Shown one piece after another: positions 10,915 to 21,600 of a stretch of DNA of 36,843 nt. Source of the DNA: Nemertoderma westbladi (taxonomy: Eukaryota; Animalia; Xenacoelomorpha); the NCBI GenBank assembly GCA_032718475.1, contig JAUCBJ010006908.1:1-36843 (forward strand), in the 5' to 3' direction. Each line of letters starts with the position of its first letter. Positions within the stretch are counted from its first letter, which is position 1. The position numbers and the translations under genes were made by a program. The notes beneath the pieces were generated by a model. It made no database searches, had not been told where the DNA came from, and worked only from the letters and a program-made list of their open reading frames with translations.

Positions 10915-12858
10915 TCTACTTTATTTCCTTCCCCGGGAACCATTACATTTTTTATTTCCTTCCCCAGGCACGATTATCTACTTTATTTCCTTCCCCAGGT
11001 ACCATTACATTCTTCATTTCCTTCCCCAGGTGCGATTATCTACTTTATTTCCTTCCCCAGGTACCATTACATTCTTTATTTCCTTCCCCATGTACCATTA
11101 CATACTTTATTACATTCCCAAGGGACCATTTCATACTTTATTTCATTCCCCAGGTACCATTACATTCTTTATTTCCTTCCCCAGGTACCATTATATACTT
11201 TATTTCCTTCCCTAGGTACCATTATCTACTTTATTTCCTTCCCCTGGTAACATTATCTACTTTATTTCCTTCCCCGGGTACCATTATCTACTTTATTTCC
11301 TTCCCCAGGTACCATTATATACTTTATTTCCTTCCCCTGGTAACATTATCTACTTTATTTCCTTCCCCGGGTACCATTATCTACTTTATTTCCTTCCCCA
11401 GGTACCATTATATACTTTATTTCCTTCCCCTGGTAACATTATCTACTTTATCTCCTTCCCCAGGTACCATTACATTCTTTATTTCCTTCCCCGGGTACCA
11501 TTATCTACTTTATTTCCTTCCCCAGGTACCATTATATACTTTATTTCCTTCCCCTGGTAACATTATCTACTTTATTTCCTTCCCCTGGTAACATTATCTA
11601 CTTTATTTCCTTCCCCGGGTACCATTATCTACTTTATTTTCTTCCACAGGTACCATTATATACTTTATTTCCTTCCCCTGGTAACATTATCTACTTTATT
11701 TCCTTCCCCTGGTAACATTATCTACTTTATTTCCTTCCCCGGGTACCATTATCTACTTTATCTCCTTCCCCAGGTACCATTACATTCTTTATTTCCTTCC
11801 CCGGGTACCATTATCTACTTTACTTCCTTCCCCAGGTACCATTATATACTTTATTTCCTTCCCCTGGTAACATTATATACTTTATTTCCTTCCCCTGGTA
11901 ACATTATCTACTTTATTTCCTTCCCCGGGTACCATTATCTACTTTATCTCCTTCCCCAGGTACCATTACATTCATTTTTTCCTTCCCCGGGTACCATTAT
12001 CTACTTTATTTCCTTCCCCTGGTAACATTATCTACTTTATTTCCTTCCCCTGGTAACATTATCTACATTATTTCCTTCCCCGGGTACCATTATCTACTTT
12101 ATTTCCTTCCCCAGGTACCAATATATACTTTATTTCCTTCCCCTGGTAACATTATCTACTTTATTTCCTTCCCCAGGTACCATTACATTCTTTATTTCCT
12201 TCCCCTGGTACCATTATATACTTTATTTCCTTCCCTAGGTACCATTATATACTTTATTTCCTTCCCCTGGTAACATTATATACTTTATTTCCTTCCCCGG
12301 GTACCATTATCTACTTTATTTCCTTCCCCAGGTACCATTATATACTTTATTTCCTTCCCCTGGTAACATTATCTACTTTATTTCCTTCCCCGGGTACCAT
12401 TATCTACTTTATTTCCTTCCCCAGGTACCATTATATACTTTATTTCCTTCCCCTGGTAACATTATCTACTTTATTTCCTTCCCCAGGTACCTTTACATTC
12501 TTTATTTCCTTCCCCGGGTACCATTATCTACTTTATTTCCTTTCCCAGGTACCATTATATACTTTATTTCCTTCCCCTGGTAACATTATCTACTTTATTT
12601 CCTTCCCCTGGTAACATTATCTACTTTATTTCCTTCCCCGGGTACCATTATATACTTTATTTCCTTCGCTAGGTACCATTATATACTTTATTTCCTTCCC
12701 CTGGTAACATTATCTACTTTATTTCCTTCCCCAGGTACCATTACATTCTTTATTTCCTTCCCCTGGTACCATTATGTACTTTAATTCCTTCCCCAGGTAC
12801 CATTATATACTTTATTTCCTTCCCCTGGTAACATTATCTACTTTATTTCCTTCCCCAG

Positions 12859-13387
12859 GTACCATTACATACACTCCAACGACGGTGTTTCCTGCGGTTC
12901 CCTACTGGTAGAATTCTCCCTCCTTAACGGTTTCCCCAGCGAGACCGATCTATTTATCACCCAGGCTGTCCTGCAGTACCTCTGTCTCTACAAACGCGAA
13001 CCAGCCAGGCTATGCTTTGTTACCTATACCAATAAACACCCCGTGGTTACCTTAGAAACACCCCCTTCTACCCCTCCTAACTACTCTCTCCCGTTACTCA
13101 ACTTTATTTCCCTGCTACTAATGGCTATCGAGGGAGGTAAACTAACTGTTTTTACCATCCTTTGCGAGGCATACCGCCCTGAGTTACAATATCGGGATCG
13201 TTGCTACGCCGATTACTTGCAGCGGATTGGTCAGCTGTTTTTTGGTCTGGAGTCCCAGTCGCAGACACCAAGGGGCGGTTCTGGTCTCCTAGACGCCTTC
13301 ATGACCTCCAGAGCTACACCAACCGAGACCTCTAGACCCCAACGCCCTCTGGCGACTGTAATAACAACTGATGAAGATTTCGATTAA
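12859..13387 (+). CDS. GET4: GET4 exon 2 (terminal coding exon)
   Basis: YHYIHSNDG..LVEF..GFPSETDLFITQAVLQYLCL..YTNKHP..PLLNF..F.ILCEAY.P..YLQRIGQLFFG; in frame with ORF 13043-13387. Confidence 0.93.
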
Positions 13388-13388
13388 A

Positions 13389-13394
13389 AATAAA
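13389..13394 (+). promoter_or_regulatory. Candidate polyadenylation signal of GET4
   Basis: AATAAA immediately after the stop codon, followed by a T/GT-rich tract. Confidence 0.5.
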
Positions 13395-13879
13395 ATTAAC
13401 TTATTTTGACTTGTAGTTTTTAACGGTTTATTGGTTTTCCTTTAATTTAATTTCAATATATTTTGATTAAAATTATGTGGTTTTAAGTGTTAAATCGCAA
13501 TTCTTTTGGTATTTGATATTTTACATCTACATCTGTGAATATATTAATATAAACAGATTCAGAATGAAAAATTGAATCGATTGCAATATTTTAAGCAAAG
13601 TAAGTTTTAAGGGGGGGGGGGGGGGGGGGGGGGGCTGTGTGTTATCCCCCCACTAATCACGAAGTACAAATCACTGGTAGGCTTACACAGAGGACAGACC
13701 AACTAGGTTTGTTTTGAGACTGTATTTAAAGCGATCAGGTTTACCTAACAAATGCAAATTTATTTGAATTTCTAATTTGAATTTCCGTAGGCCTACTTAT
13801 TCGCTATTGGATCTTACTGTTTAAACGGGATCCCTATCACGAAAAACCGGGATCCCGGTGAAAAAATCCCGATACTAAC

Positions 13880-16390
13880 TAGTGAGCTTGCCTACTTAGA
13901 TAGTGAGTTAGTTTGTGAGTGTTACCCGCAGTGAACTTAGATAGTGAGTTAGTTTGTGAGTGTTACCAGCAGTTGAGCTTGCCTACTTAGTAGTGAGTTA
14001 GTTTGTGAGTGTTACCCGCAGTTGAGCTTGCCTACTTAGTAGTGAGTTAGTTTGAGAGTGTTACCCGCAGTGAACTTAGTAGTGAGTTAGTTTGTGAGTG
14101 TTACCCGCAGTTGAGCTTGCCTACTTAGTAGTGAGTTAGTTTGTGAGTGTTACCCGCAGTGAACTTGGTAGTGAGTTAGTTTGTGAGTGTTACCGGCAGT
14201 GAACTTAGTAGTGAGTTAGTTTGTGAGTGTTACCCGCAGTTGAGCTTGCCTACTTAGTAGTGAGTTAGTTTGTGAGTGTTACCCGCAGTGAACTTAGTAG
14301 TGAGTTAGTTTGTGAGTGTTACCCGCAGTGAACTTAGTAGTGAGTTAGTTTGTGAGTGTTACCCGCAGTTGAGCTTGCCTACTTGGTAGTGAGTTAGTTT
14401 GTGAGTGTTACCCGCAGTGAACTTAGTAGTGAGTTAGTTTGTGAGTGTTACCCGCAGTTGAGCTTGCCTACTTAGTAGTGAGTTAGTTTGTGAGTGTTAC
14501 CCGCAGTTGAGCTTGCCTACTTAGTAGTGAGTTAGTTTGTGAGTGTTACCCGCAGTTGAGCTTGCCTACTTAGTAGTGAGTTAGTTTGTGAGTGTTACCC
14601 GCAGTTGAGACTTAGTAGTGAGTTAGTTTGTGAGTGTTACCCGCAGTGAACTTAGTAGTGAGTTAGTTTGTGAGTGTTACCCGCAGTTGAGCTTGCCTAC
14701 TTAGTAGTGAGTTAGTTTGTGAGTGTTACCCGCAGTGAACTTAGTAGTGAGTTAGTTTGTGAGTGTTACCCGCAGTTGAGCTTGCCTACTTAGTAGTGAG
14801 TTAGTTTGTGAGTGTTACCCGCAGTGAACTTAGTAGTGAGTTAGTTTGTGAGTGTTACCCGCAGTTGAGCTTGCCTACTTAGTAGTGAGTTTGTTTGTGA
14901 GTGTTACCCTCAGTTGAGCTTGCCTACTTAGTAGTGAGTTAGTTTGTGAGTGTTACCCGCAGTGAACTTAGTAGTGAGTTAGTTTGTGAGTGTTACCCGC
15001 AGTGAACTTAGTAGTGAGTTAGTTTGTGAGTGTTACCCGCAGTTGAGCTTGCCTACTTAGTAGTGAGTTAGTTTGTGAGTGTTACCCGCAGTGAACTTAG
15101 TAGTGAGTTAGTTTGTGAGTGTTACCCGCAGTTGAGCTTGCCTACTTAGTAGTGAGTTAGTTTGTGAGTGTTACCCGCAGTTGAGCTTGCCTACTTAGTA
15201 GTGAGTTAGTTTGTGAGTGTTACCCGCAGTTGAGCTTGCCTACTTAGTAGTGAGTTAGTTTGTGAGTGTTACCCGCAGTGACCACTTAGTAGTGAGTTAG
15301 TTTGTGAGTGTTACCCGCAGTGAACTTAGTAGTGAGTTAGTTTGTGAGTGTTACCCGCAGTTGAGCTTGCCTACTTGGTAGTGAGTTAGTTTGTGAGTGT
15401 TACCCGCAGTGAACTTAGTAGTGAGTTAGTTTGTGAGTGTTACCCGCAGTTGAGCTTGCCTACTTGGTAGTGAGTTAGTTTGTGAGTGTTACCCGCAGTG
15501 AACTAGCATACAATGGTAAGTTAGTGCAATATAATCAACCATCAGTAGAGCTGCACTTACAAGCATTTAGTTAAGAAATCAAGTCACATTAACGCAAAGA
15601 GATACAAACGTTAAGTAAAAGAGATATTAACGTTAATGTTGAGTGTCTACCAGATAGTGAACTTAGTAGTGAGTTAGTTTGTGAGTGTTACCCGCAGTTG
15701 AGCTTGCCTACTTAGTAGTGAGTTAGTTTGTGAGTGTTACCCGCAGTTGAGCTTGCCTACTAAGTAGTGAGTTAGTTTGTGAGTGTTACCCGCAGTTGAG
15801 CTTGCCTACTTAGTAGTGAGTTAGTTTGTGAGTGTTACCCGCAGTTGAGCTTGCCTACTAAGTAGTGAGTTAGTTTGTGAGTGTTACCCGCAGTTGAGAT
15901 TGCCTACTTAGTAGTGAGTTAGTTTGTGAGTGTTACCCACAGTTGAGCTTGCCTACTTAGTAGTGAGTTAGTTTGTGAGTGTTACCCGCAGTTGAGCTTG
16001 CTTACTTAGTAGTGAGTTAGTTTGTGAGTGTTACCAGCAGTTGAGCTTGCCTACTTAGATAGTGAGTTAGTTTGTGAGTGTTACCCACAGTTGAGCTTGC
16101 CTACTTAGTAGTGAGTTAGTTTGTGAGTGTTACCCGCAGTTGTGCTTGCTTACTTAGTAGTGAGTTAGTTTGTGAGTGTTACCAGCAGTTGAGCTTGCCT
16201 ACTTAGATAGTGAGTTAGTTTGTGAGTGTTACCCGCAGTTGAGCTTGCCTACTTAGATGGTGAGTTAGTTTGTGAGTGTTACCCGCAGTGAACTTAGTAG
16301 TGAGTTAGTTTGTGAGTGTTACCCGCAGTTGAGCTTGCCTACTTAGTAGTGAGTTAGTTTGTGAGTGTTACCCGCAGTTGAGCTTGCCTA
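13880..16390. repeat. Satellite with interspersed 49-bp and 40-bp units (TAGTAGTGAGTTAGTTTGTGAGTGTTACCCGCAGT+TGAGCTTGCCTACT or +GAACT), interrupted by a unique ~150 bp at 15506-15657
   Basis: Read directly from the sequence. Confidence 0.95.
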
Positions 16391-16687
16391 ATAATAATAA
16401 TTGTATTTATAAAGTGCACTATACATGATGATCTAGGCGCTAGTATGTGAAGTGAACATGTTGTAGGTTTATTTTGATGAACAGCAACTTGCCTTGGAAT
16501 TTGTCTTACATACATTATGTCAATTAATAAAAATTTCAAATTTGAAAAATGTGTAAATGGGTGTTAGAGAGGAGCAAATCTCTACTACTGGTGTTAATAT
16601 TTGTATTGAAGGTACAAATTACAGTATCATCGTATTTAATCATGAATTGATAAAGTTACTGAAGCGGTTCTATTTATACCGTTTTTC

Positions 16688-16849
16688 TCAATTTCTGTAG
16701 CAGGATGACTTAGAACTTCCCTGTGCATCCTCGTCCCCTGTCTCCTCCACCGCATCTATTTCTCGAGATAGGGCTATACGGTCACTTCCACCGGCGCTAG
16801 TAGGCTCTATATGCACAGATTTCGTGGTTTTTGCTTGCGATTTTCCCAT
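16688..16849 (-). CDS. Possible 53-aa small protein MGKSQAKTTKSVHIEPTSAGGSDRIALSREIDAVEETGDEDAQGSSKSSCYRN (below the ORF-track cutoff)
   Basis: Translated by hand. The ORF coincides with a GC-richer island in very AT-rich DNA, has an A-rich start context and an MG N-terminus. No homology recognised. Confidence 0.3.
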   Translation of the reverse strand: MGKSQAKTTKSVHIEPTSAGGSDRIALSREIDAVEETGDEDAQGSSKSSCYRN

Positions 16850-17581
16850 TTATTATGGGATTATATTTTGTTGTTAATTTGAATGTATAATATCAAAGAG
16901 ACTTGTTCTAGAACATTGTAAATACAAAATAATACAAAAACATATATGTATTTAATAAATATAAATTAAATATAAGTTAAATATGTACAATAATATAAAT
17001 TTAAATTAAGTTAAGAAAGTTAGGGTTATACAAAAACATATATCTATATATGTGTTAAATATATATTAAATAAATAAATAAATAATAAATAAAGCCACCT
17101 GACACACGTATGGTTGGAGTTGAAAGAGATTTTAAAAGATAATATAGTTTATGTAAATATGAAATAAATAAATATATAATACATATTTGTTATATATATA
17201 TAATATATATAAAATATTACATTAAATTATATTTTCTCAAAAAATATATATAAACCACTCAGTCACTTAAAAATCGCTACTATTTTCTGAAAATTTTCAT
17301 AATATGTATAATATATATATATATATGTTGAATACATATTATAAATTATATAACCGTAGATCTTGTCGTGATGATAGTGAAAAAAAAAACGGGGCCCCAG
17401 GCCACACTAATACCAAAAATACTAGCTGTAAAAAAACACTAGCTATCCTAAAAAACATATCTACTAATGTTCTAGAATTCTTACCAATAACCAAAATAAA
17501 AAATTACCGTATTTTTAAAATTTAAAAATTGTCACACAAACTATATACTAGTGCCCCTTTCGTGGTAACCAAATAACATTG

Positions 17582-17854
17582 GCCCATGTGAAGTATACCA
17601 GACTTTCTGCCGTTATATTTCACTTCGCAGTTACCCCCATGTGAAGAATACCAGGTTTTTACCAAAATCACAGGTTGCAGAAGGGCTGAATTTAACCAAA
17701 ACAATAAACGAATTAGTACATGTACAGGTTCTAAGACAGAAATAAGCGCTATAAAACACTTAATAAAGATAAATTAAAAAAAAATAAAAATCGTCATATA
17801 AAACTCAATAAAAATTCGACCGAAAAGTGAAATCCTGGTATTCTTCACATGGGC
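17582..17854. mobile_element. MITE-like element with ~20-bp inverted repeats
   Basis: CCCATGTGAAGAATACCAGG (17636-17655, plus a variant at 17582-17601) versus CCTGGTATTCTTCACATGGG(C) (17834-17854). No TSD identified. Confidence 0.55.
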
Positions 17855-17922
17855 GATAAAATTCTAGAACACATTATAAAACTAATAATTCATTGCAGCA
17901 AACAAATAAACTATGATAAATG

Positions 17923-18243
17923 CTATAAAACAAAATCTCGAAATCTGATCATATATGGGCCTAACAGCAGCAGGTCAGCCATCTGATCGTGATTAGCATC
18001 TATTGATCTAAGAATTTTACAAAATTTAACGAAACCTTCCTGGGTTGTCCTCTTTAGGAATTGTAATATTGTATAGTTGCGGTCTTGGTTTGTTTGTTTG
18101 GCTCGAATTTCTTGTAGATTTCCGACATGAAACATCCTATCCCTTTCCAATCTGATTAACACAGAATTACTGTCCATATTCTTTATCAAAAAACTCAAAT
18201 TCTGTTGGATAGCAAGGTAGCTTTCCTTAGTGAGGAAAACCAT
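17923..18243 (-). CDS. Probable CARD (death-fold)-only protein, 106 aa, intronless
   Basis: Pattern I..N..FL..NMD...VL..L....F.......I....TN.D.N..IL..L......GF..FC..L.....H..MADLL fits the six-helix CARD consensus. Recognised by eye, not by profile search. Confidence 0.6.
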   Translation of the reverse strand: MVFLTKESYLAIQQNLSFLIKNMDSNSVLIRLERDRMFHVGNLQEIRAKQTNQDRNYTILQFLKRTTQEGFVKFCKILRSIDANHDQMADLLLLGPYMIRFRDFVL

Positions 18244-18669
18244 TTTTAATATATCGCTTTGTTATGTATTTATTAGCCCCCAAGAAGAGCATTAATAAAA
18301 AATACAAACAAAATAAGTAACAAAAAAATAAAACATAAATAAAGTAGTATCGGTATCTAAAAATAAGTAAAATAAGTAGCTTTAAGTTTCTGAGCGCAAA
18401 AATATATCGATTAATTATAGCTATAAATTTTTAATGCAGCATTCCAGAATATTCTGTATTTATTGATTAGATATAATAAACGAGAATTATTGAAATCTTT
18501 CAAAGATATACAGACCTTTTTTACATAACATTTTATTTAAATTTTATTTTTTTTAATTTAAAAATTTATTTAACAGAAGCAAAAATACATTCTTCACATT
18601 CTGTAAGATTGGCCGTGAAACGAACGAAGACTGAAAGCCTCAAATACTGACTCACACTTGACAAACATA

Positions 18670-21600
18670 TGTTGTGACGGGATCCAACGGAGTTGGCAGT
18701 ATGAATCCCGACCGGTGTGTGTTATACGCGTCGTCGCGTCACGGAGTTGGCAGTATGGATCCCGACCGGTGTGTGTTATACGCGTCGCCGCGTCCGTGAC
18801 GGGATCCAACGGAGTTGGCAGTATGAATCCCGACCGGTGTGTGTTATACGCGTCGCCGCGTCCGTGACGGGATCCAATGGAGTTGGCAGTATGAATCCCG
18901 ACCGGTGTGTGTTATACGCGTCGCCGCGTCCGTGACGGGATCCAATGGAGTTGGCAGTATGAATCCCGACCGGTGTGTGTTATACGCGTCGCCGCGTCCG
19001 TACGGGATCCAACGGAGTTGGCAGTATGAATCCCGACCGGTGTGTGTTATACGCGTCGTCGCGTCACGGAGTTGGCAGTATGGATCCCGACCGGTGTGTG
19101 TTATACGCGTCGCCGCGTCCGTGACGGGATCCAATGGAGTTGGCAGTATGAATCCCGACCGGTGTGCGTTATACGCGTCGCCGCGTCCGTGACGGGATCC
19201 AATGGAGTTGGCAGTATGAATCCCGACCGGTGTGTGTTATACGCGTCGCCGCGTCCGTGACGGGATCCAACGGAGTTGGCAGTATGAATCCCGACCGGTG
19301 TGTGTTATACGCGTCGCCGCGTCACAGAGTTGGCAGTATGGATCCCGACCGGTGTGTGTTATACGCGTCGCCGCGTCCGTGACGGGATCCAACGGAGTTG
19401 GCAGTATGAATCCCGACCGGTGTGTGTTATACGCGTCGCCGCGTCCGTGACGGGATCCAACGGAGTTGGCAGTATGAATCCCGACCGGTGTGTGTTATAC
19501 GCGTCGCCGCGTCCGTGACGGGATCCAACGGAGTTGGCAGTATGAATCCCGACCGGTGTGTGTTATACGCGTCGCCGCGTCCGTGACGGGATCCAACGGA
19601 GTTGGCAGTATGAATCCCGACCGGTGTGTGTTATACGCGTCGCCGCGTCACAGAGTTGGCAGTATGGATCCCGACCGGTGTGTGTTATACGCGTCGCCGC
19701 GTCCGTGACGGGATCCAACGGAGTTGGCAGTATGAATCCCGACCGGTGTGTGTTATACGCGTCGCCGCGTCCGTGACGGGATCCAACGGAGTTGGCAGTA
19801 TGAATCCCGACCGGTGTGTGTTATACGCGTCGCCGCGTCCGTGACGGGATCCAACGGAGTTGGCAGTATGGATCCCGACCGGTGTGTGTTATACGCGTCG
19901 CCGCGTCCGTGACGGGATCCAACGGAGTTGGCAGTATGAATCCCGACCGGTGTGTGTTATACGCGTCGCCGCGTCCGTGACGGGATCCAACGGAGTTGGC
20001 AGTATGAATCCCGACCGGAGTGTGTTATACGCGTCGCCGCGTCCGTGACGGGATCCAACGGAGTTGGCAGTATGAATCCCGACCGGAGTGTGTTATACGC
20101 GTCGCCGCGTCCGTGACGGGATCCAACGGAGTTGGCAGTATGAATCCCGACCGGTGTTTGTGTTATACGCGTCGCCGCGTCACGGAGTTGGCAGTATGGA
20201 TCCCGACCGGTGTGTGTTATACGCGTCGCCGCGTCCGTGACGGGATCCAACGGAGTTGGCAGTATGAATCCCGACCGGTGTGTGTTATACGCGTCGCCGC
20301 GTCCGTGACGGGATCCAACGGAGTTGGCAGTATGAATCCCGACCGGTGTGTGTTATACGCGTCGCCGCGTCCGTGACGGGATCCAACGGAGTTGGCAGTA
20401 TGAATCCCGACCGGTGTGTGTTATACGCGTCGCCGCGTCCGTGACGGGATCCAACGGAGTTGGCAGTATGAATCCCGACCGGTGTGTGTTATACGCATCG
20501 CCGCGTCACGGAGTTGGCAGTATGGATCCCGACCGGTGTGTGTTATACGCGTCGCCGCGTCCGTGACGGGATCCAACGGAGTTGGCAGTATGAATCCCGA
20601 CCGGTGTGTGTTATACGCGTCGCCGCGTCCGTGACGGGATCCAACGGAGTTGGCAGTATGAATCCCGACCGGTGTGTGTTATACGCGTCGCCGCGTCCGT
20701 ACGGGATCCAACGGAGTTGGCAGTATGGATCCCGACCGGTGTGTGTTATACGCGTCGCCGCGTCCGTGACGGGATCCAACGGAGTTGGCAGTATGAATCC
20801 CGACCGGTGTGTGTTATACGCGTCGCCGCGTCCGTGACGGGATCCAACGGAGTTGGAAGTATGGATCCCGACCGGTGTGTGTTATACGCGTCGCCGCGTC
20901 CGTACGGGATCCAACGGAGTTGGCAGTATGGATCCCGACCGGTGTGTGTTATACGCGTCGCCCCGTCCGTGACGGGATCCAACGGAGTTGGCAGTATGAA
21001 TCCCGACCGGTGTGTGTTATACGCGTCGTCGCGTCACGGAGTTGGCAGTATGGATCCCAACCGGTGTGTGTTATACGCGTCGCCCCGTCCGTGACGGGAT
21101 CCAACGGAGTTGGCAGTATGAATCCCGACCGGTGTGTGTTATACGCGTCGCCGCGTCCGTGACGGGATCCAACGGAGTTGGCAGTATGAATCCCGACCGG
21201 TGTGTGTTATACGCGTCGCCGCGTCCGTGACGGGATCCAACGGAGTTGGCAGTATGAATCCCGACCGGTGTGTGTTATACGCGTCGCCGCGTCCGTGACG
21301 GGATCCAACGGAGTTGGCAGTATGGATCCCGACCGGTGTGTGTTATACGCGTCGCCGCGTCCGTACGGGATCCAACGGAGTTGGCAGTATGGATCCCGAC
21401 CGGTGTGTGTTATACGCGTCGCCCCGTCCGTGACGGGATCCAACGGAGTTGGCAGTATGAATCCCGACCGGTGTGTGTTATACGCGTCGTCGCGTCACGG
21501 AGTTGGCAGTATGGATCCCAACCGGTGTGTGTTATACGCGTCGCCCCGTCCGTGACGGGATCCAACGGAGTTGGCAGTATGAATCCCGACCGGTGTGTGT

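Larger units (their letters stand above)
4510..12858 (+). other. GET4: GET4 intron (8349 nt, GT-AG, phase 2) filled with TE fragments and a splice-acceptor tandem array
   Basis: Joining AG(4508-4509) to G(12859) gives ...CFLEAR-YHYIHSNDG..., colinear with the GET4 R-Y-H-F/Y-x-H-S motif. Total CDS is 990 nt. Confidence 0.9.
9085..12871 (+). repeat. 31-bp tandem array ACTTTATTTCCTTCCCC(A/T/G)GGTA(C/A)CATTA(T/C)(A/C)T, about 100 units, derived from the GET4 exon-2 acceptor junction
   Basis: Period 31 read directly (e.g. 11221 vs 11252). The last unit is the functional acceptor TTTATTTCCTTCCCCAG|GTACCATTACAT at 12842-12870. Confidence 0.95.

Noticed and set aside
9048-11591. Hydrophobic 138-361 aa ORFs (PGTIT/RYHY/QVPL repeats)
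   Set aside because: Three-frame cycling of the 31-bp intronic repeat.
13611-13634. Poly-G tracts (also 2938-2960)
   Set aside because: Simple homopolymers of uncertain length with no supporting context for function.
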